A stretch of DNA of 64,000 nt, from NCBI GenBank assembly GCA_049860595.1, contig CP187551.1. One strand, 5' to 3'. Below, piece after piece: positions 1-9,992 of this stretch. The stretch is from Methanocaldococcus sp. 16A (GTDB lineage: Archaea; AGJL01; Methanococci; Methanococcales; Methanocaldococcaceae). The position numbers and the translations under genes are program-made. How positions within the stretch are numbered: position 1 is the first letter of the stretch; each line of letters opens with the position of its first letter. The notes beneath the pieces were generated by a model. That model saw only the letters and a list, made by a program, of their open reading frames with translations, had not been told where the DNA came from and searched no databases.

Positions 1-28
1 TTACTCTCATTTTTGACACCAAAAAATT

Positions 29-201
29 ATAGGACATTCTCAGGAATAAATTTTCAATGGAATAACAGATTAAATGCAGAAATTTAATTTTATTTTATAT
101 TGAATATACTGAAACAAAAACTTCAAAATTTCCTTAATACATATTAAAGTACATTCAGATAGTTAATTCCTTAATGAATATATAAACTGCGAAAGTCCTA
201 T
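29..201. repeat. MITE-like intergenic repeat, family A (TIR ATAGGACTTTCGCAG-like)
   Basis: ATAGGACATTCTCAG ... CTGCGAAAGTCCTAT inverted ends; related copies at 12072-12130, 12278+ and 42177-42272. Confidence 0.75.
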
Positions 202-318
202 TATAGTTTTGTGCAAAATAAACTAAACTTTATATTAAGGGAAATTTGAATGTCTACTTTTTGGAAGACATTCGTTAATGCCTTATTCATTATAGATACT
301 ATTTTGCAAAAAACTATA
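202..318. repeat. MITE-like intergenic repeat, family B (TIR TATAG(T/C)TTTGTGCAAAA)
   Basis: TATAGTTTTGTGCAAAA ... TTTTGCAAAAAACTATA with internal hairpin GAATGTCT...AGACATTC; close copy at 42062-42176. Confidence 0.8.
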
Positions 319-466
319 AATGTAGTTATTATTAAAATTTTTAATATTGTATTTTAAAAATTTAATAGATATTATTAATTTTTTTGATAATATCTATCAA
401 AATTTATAATAATGTTTATATATTGTGAAGTTTGTAATAGCACGTGTGAAATTTTGGAGGGATAGT

Positions 467-811
467 ATGATTGACAAGGTTTTATTAGAGCTAAATAAAA
501 CAGAAGGGATTAAAGGTTCAATGGTTGTAGGAAAAGATGGTTTGGTTATAGCTACTCAATTGCCAGGGAATGTTGATGCCGAGTTAGTAGGGGCTATGGC
601 ATCAGCAGCATTTGGGGCTGCTGAGAGAACAGCTGCAGAAATTGGTATGGGTAATTTAGAACAAACAATGATTGAAGGGGAGCATGGTAAAACTTTAATG
701 GTCGATGCAGGAGAGGGAATCTTAGTTGTTTTAACAGATGCAAAAGTTAATTTAGGTCTAATTAGAATTACTATGAAAAGAGCTGCAGAGAAAATAAAAG
801 CTATGTTCTAA
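467..811 (+). CDS. Roadblock/LC7 (MglB-like) domain protein
   Basis: GIKGSMVVGKDGLVIA...LGLIR pattern; ATG at 467 follows GGAGG. Confidence 0.85.
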   Translation: MIDKVLLELNKTEGIKGSMVVGKDGLVIATQLPGNVDAELVGAMASAAFGAAERTAAEIGMGNLEQTMIEGEHGKTLMVDAGEGILVVLTDAKVNLGLIRITMKRAAEKIKAMF

Positions 812-859
812 AATAATTAAGTCTTCTAAATTTTAAAATTTTACTATGGAGGGATTAGA

Positions 860-1876
860 ATGAAAATATCAATATACGGGGCGGGAAATCAAAAACTCTA
901 TTTAGAAAAATTAAATCTACCAGAAAAATTTGGTGGGGAACCTCCCTACGGTGGAGCAAGAATGGCTATAGAGTTTGCTAAAGCCGGGCATGATGTTATC
1001 TTAGCAGAACCAAATAAAGATGTAATGAGTGAAGATTTATGGAAGAAAGTTGAAGATGCAGGAGTTAGAGTTGTTAGTGATGATATAGAAGCTGCCAAGC
1101 ATGGAGAAGTTCATATCTTATTTACACCGTTTGGAAAAATAACAATAAACATTGCAAAGAAGATTATTGAACATGTCCCTGAAAATGCTGTTATTTGTAA
1201 CACGTGTACTCTTCCTACTCCTGTTTTATATAGGTCATTGGAAGGAATTTTAAGATTAAAAAGAAAAGATGTTGGAATTTCATCAATGCACCCAACAGGA
1301 GTTCCAGGAACTCCAGGACAGAAATATTATACAATTGCTGGAAAAGCATTAGAAGGTAAAGAGTATGCAACAGAAGAACAGATAAACAAATTAGTTGAAC
1401 TGGTGAAAAGCATTGGAAAAACACCATATATAGCTCCTGCAGATGTAGTACCTGCAGTTGCAGATATGGGAGCTTTAGTCACTGCAATTGCTTTAGTAGG
1501 AGTCTTAGACTATTATAGAGTTGGAAAAGAAATTATTAATGCTCCAAAGGATATGATAGAAAAGCAAATATTGGTTTCTCTTCAAACTATTGCCTCAATT
1601 ATTGAAACTTCAGGAATTGAAGGTTTGATGAAGGTTTTAGATAAAGATGCTTTAATTACATCTGCAAAAAATATGCTAATTGATGAAAAGCAGGAAGATT
1701 TAAAGTTAGCTTTGAAGATTATCGAAGAGTTTGATAAATCAACTATTGGAGAGAAAGACGTTAATCAGACATATTTAGTAGCTCCTCAGGCTTTGATAAA
1801 AGAAGCCACATCATTAGTTGGAAAGAGTGCTGTTGAGGGAATGATTAGAAGAAGCTCAAATAAGTTATTTGAATAG
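860..1876 (+). CDS. Hmd paralog (HmdII/III-type methylene-H4MPT dehydrogenase-related protein)
   Basis: MKISIYGAGNQKLY...PPYGG, NTCT and HP motifs; homologous to hmd at 58842. Confidence 0.9.
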   Translation: MKISIYGAGNQKLYLEKLNLPEKFGGEPPYGGARMAIEFAKAGHDVILAEPNKDVMSEDLWKKVEDAGVRVVSDDIEAAKHGEVHILFTPFGKITINIAKKIIEHVPENAVICNTCTLPTPVLYRSLEGILRLKRKDVGISSMHPTGVPGTPGQKYYTIAGKALEGKEYATEEQINKLVELVKSIGKTPYIAPADVVPAVADMGALVTAIALVGVLDYYRVGKEIINAPKDMIEKQILVSLQTIASIIETSGIEGLMKVLDKDALITSAKNMLIDEKQEDLKLALKIIEEFDKSTIGEKDVNQTYLVAPQALIKEATSLVGKSAVEGMIRRSSNKLFE

Positions 1877-1979
1877 AATTTAAATATCTATGAACAATTA
1901 AACCATCAGAATTCATAGATTACTTATTATTTTTACAAAAACAAAAAACATAGTGAATAAATAAAAAAGGGGTAATATC

Positions 1980-2426
1980 ATGTCTTTAAAATTTTCAATA
2001 AACGAACTTTCAAAAACCAATAGAAATTCCTTAGGTAGAAACATAGATATTACCGTTTTTAGATTAATAAGGTTTATGAACTTAGAGAGATATTTAGGAA
2101 GAGGAGCGCATGGAGTAATTTATGATTGTGGTAGAGAACTGGGAAAAAGTTTAAATCCTTCATCTATTGAGGATGTAGTAAAATTTTGTGAAGAATATAA
2201 AATTGGAAAAGTAGAAATTGTAAATAAAAATCCCCTACAAATTAGAGTTTGTGAGTGTATTTCATGTTCTGGACTTCCAGAAGTTGGTGAGACATTATGT
2301 TGGTTTGAAGGAGGATTTATTGCAGGATGTTTAGAAAAGATATTAAATAAAAAGGTTAGAGTAAATGAAACACACTGTGCAGGTTTAGGTAATAATTTTT
2401 GTCAATTTGAAATAAAAATTTTATAA
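1980..2426 (+). CDS. V4R domain protein
   Basis: ECISC...LCWFEGGFIAG...ETHC...CQF signature. Confidence 0.85.
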   Translation: MSLKFSINELSKTNRNSLGRNIDITVFRLIRFMNLERYLGRGAHGVIYDCGRELGKSLNPSSIEDVVKFCEEYKIGKVEIVNKNPLQIRVCECISCSGLPEVGETLCWFEGGFIAGCLEKILNKKVRVNETHCAGLGNNFCQFEIKIL

Positions 2427-2622
2427 TGTTATTTAAATAAAAATTTCAATTAAAAAATATCTTAATTATATTACAGTAAATTTTAAATATTGTGTCTTAA
2501 ACATAACTTTTTTACATTTACATATAGTTAAATCTCCAGAATTTATTAGTTTAGTTTATTTTTTTAAAATATAGTATTCTTCTCCTGAAAATATGTAATA
2601 TTATAGTAATATTAATAGGTGA

Positions 2623-3123
2623 ATGGTTATGGCAATAGACTCATATAAGAAGCTTATAGAGAACAGAAATTTACATCCACTTCATATAATATTAACGTCG
2701 TGCTTGGGGGAATTAGCTAATTTGAGATTGTTAAATCAAGGAACAACAAATATTATTGGTTCATATATTGGGAAAAAGGTTGGACAATGTATTTTAGATT
2801 TGGGATATGAAGTTCCAAAGGATGATAAAGAACTTATTGAGTTTTTAATTGAATACTGCCAGATTTGTGATGATGTTATCATAAAAATTGAAGATAATAC
2901 AATAACTATTGGAATTAAAATAGACAAATGCAAATATTGTCCAAAACAGATTGGAGATGCAGAGATTCCTGGAAGTGCATGCCCGATACCATCATTAATT
3001 GCAAGTTTATTAGGCAAATTTAAAAATAGGTCATATAAAATGAAATTTTGGAATGATGCCAATCAACTAATAAAAAAAGAGAATGGATATTGTTGGTTTG
3101 TTATTGAATCTCGCAGATATTAA
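2623..3123 (+). CDS. Hypothetical Cys-containing protein, possibly V4R-like fold
   Basis: 166-aa ORF with RBS; CKYCP, ACPI and terminal CWF resemble V4R/output-domain metal ligands. Confidence 0.6.
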   Translation: MVMAIDSYKKLIENRNLHPLHIILTSCLGELANLRLLNQGTTNIIGSYIGKKVGQCILDLGYEVPKDDKELIEFLIEYCQICDDVIIKIEDNTITIGIKIDKCKYCPKQIGDAEIPGSACPIPSLIASLLGKFKNRSYKMKFWNDANQLIKKENGYCWFVIESRRY

Positions 3124-3156
3124 CTTATTAGATAAAGAATCTAAAAATAAAATTTT

Positions 3157-3516
3157 TTAGTGGTATTTTTTCATCTCGTTTATTATATATTCAAGAGCTT
3201 CAAAACCCTCTTTTCTATGCCTTGCAAAAACAGCTATTGAAGAAACTCTCTCCCCAACATTCAAGAATCCAGTGTTATGATAAAATAAAATCTCAATAAC
3301 ATCAAACTTATTTTTTGCATTATCTATAATTGATTCTAATTTTTTTAAGATATCCTCATCTATATGCATTCCTTTTGAAGGGATTTTTTCTCCATTTTTT
3401 ATATCATACTCTCTAACGAATCCATTGAAGGTTATAACACATCCATATTTTCCTTTATATTTTTCAATGTATTCATCCATTTTTTTTCTAAATTCTTCAT
3501 AGCTATTAAAAATCAT
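3157..3516 (-). CDS. moaE: Molybdopterin synthase catalytic subunit
   Basis: FNGFVR, H..G.L.VGE, HRKEGF motifs. Confidence 0.85.
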   Translation of the reverse strand: MIFNSYEEFRKKMDEYIEKYKGKYGCVITFNGFVREYDIKNGEKIPSKGMHIDEDILKKLESIIDNAKNKFDVIEILFYHNTGFLNVGERVSSIAVFARHRKEGFEALEYIINEMKKYH

Positions 3517-3671
3517 TTTCTCACCTAATTTCTATATTAATAATTAAAGCTTAACTTAAAATAAAAAATTAACTTATATCTATTTATTTAAATGTATAAT
3601 ATTAAATTAAAAGAGTTTTTAATCATTAGAAATTAGTAAAAATACAAAAAATCAAAAATAACGTAAAAAAT

Positions 3672-5447
3672 CTATTCATCTACGTAATAATACTCTCCCT
3701 TCTCTTTTTGCATAATATCTCTTTGGCTACCTTCCTTATTAGCTCTCGGCCTTCCTGTTTCTGGGTCTCTTCTAAATGTAATTTGCATCTCTTTTAAGAA
3801 TTTATTAGCCCCATCCCTCTTATTCATTGGGCTACTACCAACTCCAAACTTCCCTGGCTCTCCACTAAATACAATAAATCTATCTGAAATGTAGTCTTGG
3901 AATAATATATCGTGGTCGACAACAAACATCCCTGCTTCTTTTTCATCTGCAATTCTTCTTATTACTTTTGAAACTCTCAATCTCTGCTCAACATCTAAAA
4001 ATGCTGATGGCTCATCCAACAAATAAATATCAGCATCTCTACTTAAGCAAGCAGCAATAGCTACTCTCTGCAACTCTCCACCAGATAGCTCTTTAACCTC
4101 TCTATCCAACAACTTCTCTAACTGTAGAGGATTAATTATCTCAGATTTGTAATAAGAGGCGTTTATGTTAGTTATTGAGCTCAATAAATCTTCAACTGTT
4201 CCATCATAATCTGGAGTAATGTATTGAGGTTTATATGAAACTTTTATATCTCCTTCTTTGGTAACCTCTCCTTCATCTGGTTTAATAATCCCAGCTAATA
4301 ACTTAACAAACGTTGTTTTTCCAATACCGTTAGGACCTAAAATACCAATAACTTCTCCTTTATAAATGGTTCCTCCGCTAACCTCTAATTTAAAATCTCC
4401 CAAAGTCTTTTTCATTGATGAATATGTTAATAAGATTGGTCTATTCTTAAAGTCAATAACTGCCCTCTTCTCAAATATAATTGGCTCTTTTCTAAATCTT
4501 ATATTCTCTTCCCTCAACTCTCCATATAGATATTCATTAATCCCCACTCTAACACTCTTAGGCATTGAGACAATACCATAAGCTGATGGAACTCCATACA
4601 TAATATGAATATAATCAGATAAGTAATCCAAAACAATTAAATCGTGTTCTACTACAACAACCCTATTTAATTCTCTAATTAACCTTGCAGCATTGAATCT
4701 CTGCCTAATATCTAACCACGAAGAAGGTTCATCAAAGAAATAGATATCTCCTTTTCTCAAATAAGCAGCAGCAATAGCAACTCTCTGCAATTCTCCACCA
4801 GATAATTGGCTTAACTCTCTATTTAAAATATTTTTTAGCTCTAACTTCTCAACAACTTCATCAAACTTACCTTTTTCATCAATTTTCTTTAATAACTCTC
4901 CAACCTTTCCCTTAACAACCTTTGGTAATATATCAACATACTGAACTTTATGGATAGCCTTTACTCCTTTATTTTTTAATTTTTCAAAGTATTCTTGCAG
5001 TTCAGTACCTCTAAAGTATTTTATGACATCATCATAGTTTGGCTCTTTATCATGTTTTCCTAAATTAGGAATTAACTCCCCAGCTAAAATTCTTAAGACA
5101 GTAGATTTACCAATCCCATTCTGCCCTATAATCCCAACAACCCCATCTCTTGGAATAACTAAACCAAATAGCTTAAATCTATTCTGCCCATAAGAATGGA
5201 CAATTTTATCTTCACTTAACTCTTCAGGTAATCCAATAATAGATATCGCCTTAAATGGACATCTCTTAACACAGATTCCACAACCAGAACATAAAACCTC
5301 TGATATCACTGGCTTTCCAGAATTTTCATCTATCTCTATTGTCTTTTCTCCCATTCTAACTCCTGGACAGTATTTCATGCATTCTAAGGAGCATTTCTTT
5401 GGCTGACATCTATCATAATCAATAATGGCCAATCTCACAAAAACCAC
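3672..5447 (-). CDS. rli: Ribosome recycling ATPase ABCE1/RLI
   Basis: N-terminal Fe-S domain, two ABC domains with LSGGELQ, FRRDPETGRPRANK. Confidence 0.97.
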   Translation of the reverse strand: MVFVRLAIIDYDRCQPKKCSLECMKYCPGVRMGEKTIEIDENSGKPVISEVLCSGCGICVKRCPFKAISIIGLPEELSEDKIVHSYGQNRFKLFGLVIPRDGVVGIIGQNGIGKSTVLRILAGELIPNLGKHDKEPNYDDVIKYFRGTELQEYFEKLKNKGVKAIHKVQYVDILPKVVKGKVGELLKKIDEKGKFDEVVEKLELKNILNRELSQLSGGELQRVAIAAAYLRKGDIYFFDEPSSWLDIRQRFNAARLIRELNRVVVVEHDLIVLDYLSDYIHIMYGVPSAYGIVSMPKSVRVGINEYLYGELREENIRFRKEPIIFEKRAVIDFKNRPILLTYSSMKKTLGDFKLEVSGGTIYKGEVIGILGPNGIGKTTFVKLLAGIIKPDEGEVTKEGDIKVSYKPQYITPDYDGTVEDLLSSITNINASYYKSEIINPLQLEKLLDREVKELSGGELQRVAIAACLSRDADIYLLDEPSAFLDVEQRLRVSKVIRRIADEKEAGMFVVDHDILFQDYISDRFIVFSGEPGKFGVGSSPMNKRDGANKFLKEMQITFRRDPETGRPRANKEGSQRDIMQKEKGEYYYVDE

Positions 5448-5531
5448 CTCCTAAATAAATAAAAATATATTTTAAATTAAATTTTTAAAATAAAAGAATA
5501 GAAAAAATTTCTAAAGAAAAAATAGATTAGT

Positions 5532-6533
5532 TTATTCATCTCTTACTCTTTTAGCAACTTCTTCAGCCATTTCAAATGTATTTAAGTTTCCTCCTAAGTC
5601 AGGTGTTGTTAAACCTAAAGCCAAAACTTCCTCCAATGCTTTCTCAACTTTATCTGCAGCTTCATACTCTCCTAAGTATCTAAGCATTAAAACAGCACTT
5701 AATATTGTAGCTGTTGGATTGGCAATTTTCTTTCCAGCAATATCTGGAGCTGAACCATGAACTGGCTCAAATAATCCATGCTCATCTCCTATGTTTGCTG
5801 AAGGAGCTAATCCCAACCCTCCAACAGTTCCAGCAGCTCCATCTGATAAGATATCTCCAAACAAATTAGATGTAACAACAACATCAAACACTTGTGGTTT
5901 AGTTATGATATACATGTTCATTGCATCTATATAGTAATCTTCAGCTTTTATATCATCATATTCTTCAGCAACTTTGTAAAATACCCTCTTAAATAATCCA
6001 TCAGTTAATTTTAAGACATTTGCCTTATGAGCACAGGTAACCTTTCCTTCTTTACCCATCTTCTTTCTTTCTCTTGCCAAATTAAATGCAAATCTAAATA
6101 TTCTCTCACAAGCCTTTTCAGTAATAACTCTTGTAGCTATTGTAACCCCTTCATCAATCTCTGCCTCTATTCCTTTATACAATCCTTCAGTGTTTTCTCT
6201 CACAATTATATAATCAATATCAGGTCTTAAGCATTTAACTCCTTTATAAGCTTTTACTGGTCTTACATTGGCATAGGTGTCTAAGATATGCCTCAATTTA
6301 ACAATAACATCTGCCGCTGTTTCTCCAGCAGCTCCAAATAAAACAGCATCACAATCTAAGGCAGTTTCAATAGTTTCTTCTGGTAATGCTTTTCCAGTTC
6401 TTTTATAAACTTCATCTCCAGCCTCAGCATAAACAAACTCAAATGGTAATCCTGTAGCTTCTAAAACTTTTATTGTTGCAGGAACTACTTCTTTCCCTAT
6501 TCCATCTCCTTCTATAACACATATCTTATGCAT
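5532..6533 (-). CDS. leuB: 3-isopropylmalate/3-methylmalate dehydrogenase
   Basis: GDGIG, RENTEG, NLFGDILSD, EPVHGSAPDIAG. Confidence 0.85.
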   Translation of the reverse strand: MHKICVIEGDGIGKEVVPATIKVLEATGLPFEFVYAEAGDEVYKRTGKALPEETIETALDCDAVLFGAAGETAADVIVKLRHILDTYANVRPVKAYKGVKCLRPDIDYIIVRENTEGLYKGIEAEIDEGVTIATRVITEKACERIFRFAFNLARERKKMGKEGKVTCAHKANVLKLTDGLFKRVFYKVAEEYDDIKAEDYYIDAMNMYIITKPQVFDVVVTSNLFGDILSDGAAGTVGGLGLAPSANIGDEHGLFEPVHGSAPDIAGKKIANPTATILSAVLMLRYLGEYEAADKVEKALEEVLALGLTTPDLGGNLNTFEMAEEVAKRVRDE

Positions 6534-6642
6534 AATCATCACCAACATTTTTATTGTAATTAATTATATATTTCCTTAGCAAAAGTAATAATACTACAAA
6601 CTCTTTTAAAATATTTACTTAATCATTTACTAGGGGGATGTT

Positions 6643-7836
6643 ATGGACACAAAAGAAATTATAGAGTTAGAAAAAAAATATCATCTCCAAATTTATGGAA
6701 GATTACCAGTTGTTTTAGTTGAAGGTAAAGGGATAGAGGTTTATGATGTCAATGGAAAAAAATATCTTGACTTTTTATCAGGAATTGGAGTTAATAATGT
6801 AGGACATTGTCATCCAAAGGTTGTTGAAGCAATAAAAAAGCAAGCTGAAACATTAATCCATACATCCAACATATATTACACAATCCCACAAATAAAATTA
6901 GCTAAAAAGTTGGTTGAGTTAAGTGGCTTAGATAAGGCATTTTTTTGCAACAGCGGAGCTGAGGCAAATGAAGGTGCCATAAAATTTGCAAGGAAGTATG
7001 CATCAAAAATATTAGGAAAAGAAGGCGGAGAAATTATCAGTATGTACAATGCATTCCATGGAAGAACTTTAACAACATTGGCAGCTACACCAAAACCAAA
7101 GTATCAAGAAGGCTTTCATCCATTACCACAAGGTTTTAAATACGTACCTTTCAATGATATAGAGGCGTTGAAAGAAAGTATAACAAACAAAACATGTGCT
7201 ATAATAATTGAACCTGTTCAAGGAGAGGGAGGAATTCATGTTGCTGATAAAGATTATTTAAAAGCTGTTAGAGATTTATGTGATGATAAAAATATTGTCT
7301 TAATCTTTGATGAAGTGCAGTGTGGAATGGGAAGAACTGGAAAGATGTTTGCCTATGAGCATTATGATGTAAAGCCAGACATCTTAACATTGGCAAAAGC
7401 TCTTGGAGGAGGAGTACCAATAGGGGCTGTTGTTTTAAAAGAAGAGATAGCAAATGCTTTAAGTTATGGAGACCATGGAACAACCTTTGGTGGAAATCCT
7501 TTAGCTTGCTCAGCTGCATTAGCATCAATTGAGGTTATAGAGGAGCTTATTAAAGATGATAAAGTTATAGAAACAGGAGAATATTTCATTCGAAAACTCG
7601 AAAATCTTATGGAAAAGTATAGCTTTATAAAAGAAGTAAGAGGATTAGGTTTAATGATTGGTTCTGAACTTGAATTTAATGGAGCTGAAATTGTTAAGAA
7701 AATGCTCGAAAAAGGATTTTTAATTAATTGCACTTCTGATGTAGTTTTGAGATTTTTACCACCATTAATTGTAGAAAAAGAGCATATTGATGCCTTAACT
7801 AATGCATTAGATGAAGTATTTTCCGAGATAAATTAA
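6643..7836 (+). CDS. argD: Acetylornithine aminotransferase
   Basis: Class III aminotransferase motifs FHGRT, DEVQ.G.GRTG, AKALGGG, HGTTFGGNP. Confidence 0.92.
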   Translation: MDTKEIIELEKKYHLQIYGRLPVVLVEGKGIEVYDVNGKKYLDFLSGIGVNNVGHCHPKVVEAIKKQAETLIHTSNIYYTIPQIKLAKKLVELSGLDKAFFCNSGAEANEGAIKFARKYASKILGKEGGEIISMYNAFHGRTLTTLAATPKPKYQEGFHPLPQGFKYVPFNDIEALKESITNKTCAIIIEPVQGEGGIHVADKDYLKAVRDLCDDKNIVLIFDEVQCGMGRTGKMFAYEHYDVKPDILTLAKALGGGVPIGAVVLKEEIANALSYGDHGTTFGGNPLACSAALASIEVIEELIKDDKVIETGEYFIRKLENLMEKYSFIKEVRGLGLMIGSELEFNGAEIVKKMLEKGFLINCTSDVVLRFLPPLIVEKEHIDALTNALDEVFSEIN

Positions 7837-7842
7837 TTTTTA

Positions 7843-8070
7843 TTATTTTTTATTTTCATCTTTCTTTTTTGGATTAACTACTTTAACCAATATAGCATTT
7901 GTTGGACATCTGCCTGCACAAAACTTGCAGTTGTGGCAGTATTCAACATCATAAGCATAGTATTTTCCATTTTCATCTTTTGTCCAAATAAGAGGACCTT
8001 TTGGACATACATCATAGCATCTTCCACATCCAATACATTTTTCTTTATCTACAATAATCTCAACTGCCAT
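7843..8070 (-). CDS. 2x[4Fe-4S] ferredoxin
   Basis: [12 protein letters not shown] and [12 protein letters not shown]. Confidence 0.92.
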   Translation of the reverse strand: MAVEIIVDKEKCIGCGRCYDVCPKGPLIWTKDENGKYYAYDVEYCHNCKFCAGRCPTNAILVKVVNPKKKDENKK

Positions 8071-8131
8071 TCTATTCCTCCAAAATTTTTATATATTATT
8101 AAATTATGTTATAATTAATATTATTAATCAT

Positions 8132-8142
8132 CCGAAATTCGG
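8132..8142. promoter_or_regulatory. Candidate Ptr2 operator between divergent ferredoxin and regulator genes
   Basis: CCGAAATTCGG matches the CG-N5-CG core of the Ptr2 consensus (ACGATTTTCGT); overlaps the regulator RBS. Confidence 0.6.
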
Positions 8143-8149
8143 TGATATT

Positions 8150-8572
8150 ATGGATGAAAAGGATTTAAAAATTATCGAGATTCTTATGAGAGATGGAAGA
8201 AAATCATATACTGATATAGCAAGGGAATTAGGAACAAGTGAAAGTTCTATAAGAAAAAGAGTTAAAAAATTAGAAGAAGAGGGAGTTATTAAAGGATACA
8301 CTGCAATAATAAATCCCTCAAAAATTGGATATAACGTCGTAGCTTTAACTGGGTTTGATACAGAGCCTGATAAATTTCTGAGTGTTGCCAAAGAACTTTG
8401 TAAGTTTGAAGAAGTTAAAAAAGTATTTACATCAACAGGAGACCACATGATTATGGCTGAAATTTGGGCTAAAGATGGAAAAGAATTTTCAGATTTAATT
8501 TTCAATAAGATTGGAAAAATTGAAGGTATAAAAAAGATTTGTCCAGCTATTATTTTAGAGCAATTAAAATAA
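8150..8572 (+). CDS. ptr2: Lrp/AsnC family transcriptional activator (Ptr2-like)
   Basis: Lrp HTH ([29 protein letters not shown]) plus RAM domain; divergent from ferredoxin. Confidence 0.85.
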   Translation: MDEKDLKIIEILMRDGRKSYTDIARELGTSESSIRKRVKKLEEEGVIKGYTAIINPSKIGYNVVALTGFDTEPDKFLSVAKELCKFEEVKKVFTSTGDHMIMAEIWAKDGKEFSDLIFNKIGKIEGIKKICPAIILEQLK

Positions 8573-8639
8573 TTTAAAAATTTAAAAAATAAAAAAATTT
8601 AAAGTAATATTAAAGTCAAAAAAATAGAATTAAGAAGAT

Positions 8640-9065
8640 TTATTTAAAGTATCTGTCTAAGATTCCTTTTAACATTCTTGCGTGTCTTGCTTCATCTCTA
8701 CTTGATTCATCAAAGAAATCATGAGCTGGATCAATTCCTAATTCTTTTGCCTTTGTTGCAGCAGCTTTTTTCTCTTTGTTTGCCATGCATTCTCCTTTTA
8801 ACATCATTTCAATGTTCTCTTTTAAGTTCTCTGAAATTAAACCGTTCATTTCAGCAAAGTGTGCTGCGTGCTCAGCTTCTTCCATTGCAATTCTTATTAA
8901 AACTTCAGCGACTTCTGGTAACCCCTCCCTCTGAGCTTGTCTTGCCATAGCTAAGTATAAACCAACTTCCTTACACTCCCCTTCAAAGTTTGCTTGAACT
9001 TCTTTCTCCAACTCTGTTCCTTTTGTTACTCCTATTTTGTGTTCATTTATTAAGTCCAATTCCAT
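8640..9065 (-). CDS. Rubrerythrin-type diiron protein without rubredoxin domain
   Basis: [28 protein letters not shown] diiron motifs. Confidence 0.85.
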   Translation of the reverse strand: MELDLINEHKIGVTKGTELEKEVQANFEGECKEVGLYLAMARQAQREGLPEVAEVLIRIAMEEAEHAAHFAEMNGLISENLKENIEMMLKGECMANKEKKAAATKAKELGIDPAHDFFDESSRDEARHARMLKGILDRYFK

Positions 9066-9136
9066 TATCTCACCTTAAATTTTATTTTTTAATTTACATA
9101 ATAACAATACGCAACTACGTTATATAATATTAATGG

Positions 9137-9149
9137 TTCGAAATTCGAA
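9137..9149. promoter_or_regulatory. Candidate Ptr2 operator upstream of rubrerythrin-like gene
   Basis: TTCGAAATTCGAA palindrome about 10 bp upstream of a TTATATAA box (minus strand). Confidence 0.65.
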
Positions 9150-9175
9150 ATATATTTGATGAATTAGTTCTAAAT

Positions 9176-9616
9176 TTAATCAATATTAATCATTTCATCC
9201 TCGATAATAAGACCCTTCTCTTTAAACCACTTTCCATATTCTTTATCTGGTTTTGCTATGTGCATTGTAAGCCACCCTACTAAAAAAGATAAAGCACTTC
9301 TAAAATCATTCTCCGAACCTTCTTCAATTTTTGGGAGTAATTTTTCAATAACTGTTTTAACAAATATTTCATGAGTTTTTTTATGCCTTTCTAAGTTGGG
9401 ATATCCATATTTTTCCATAACCTCTTCTTCATGCTTAAAGTGCTTTGCAGCATAATTAATTACTCTTCTCTTTAACAATTCTTTGGCTTCTTCCTTTTTA
9501 CCTTCTCCCAACAAACTATAAATTTCATTTAATGTATTAACTAAAAATTTATGCTCATCGTCAAATGCCTTAATCCCTGTTTCAAAATCTTTACTCCATT
9601 TAATTATCTCTTTCAA
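9176..9616 (-). CDS. Bacteriohemerythrin
   Basis: W...F.TG...D.EH, HFKHEE, H...H, WL..HI...D. Confidence 0.93.
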   Translation of the reverse strand: MKEIIKWSKDFETGIKAFDDEHKFLVNTLNEIYSLLGEGKKEEAKELLKRRVINYAAKHFKHEEEVMEKYGYPNLERHKKTHEIFVKTVIEKLLPKIEEGSENDFRSALSFLVGWLTMHIAKPDKEYGKWFKEKGLIIEDEMINID

Positions 9617-9808
9617 ATTATCACCAATTAAAATCCTCTTTACAATTATTTAAAAATAATTAAATTAAATATTCAATAATATTAATATTTGTTTATATAC
9701 AAATATTAACAAACTATGCAAATATTAAAATTCAAAACTTAGTTTAAAATATCCATTTTTCAATCATGTAATAATAACTTACATTAGAAAATTATATAAT
9801 ATTAATGG

Positions 9809-9821
9809 TTCGAAATTCGAC
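9809..9821. promoter_or_regulatory. Candidate Ptr2 operator upstream of hemerythrin (duplicated promoter)
   Basis: TTCGAAATTCGAC within a near copy of 9120-9181. Confidence 0.6.
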
Positions 9822-9992
9822 ACATATTTGATTAATTGGTTCTAAATTTAATCTATATGGATATTCCATTTCTCATATGTTCTAATTTTCCTTATGGACA
9901 TAATAATAATTTTAATATTGTTAATTTATATATATAAATATATAAATTCAATGTCTAAAAATAAAAAATAAAAAAACAAAAAGAGAATAAAT

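Noticed and set aside
1-10. Start of a minus-strand gene (ATG at 8-10 with GGTG RBS)
   Set aside because: Only three codons are in the window; product cannot be supported
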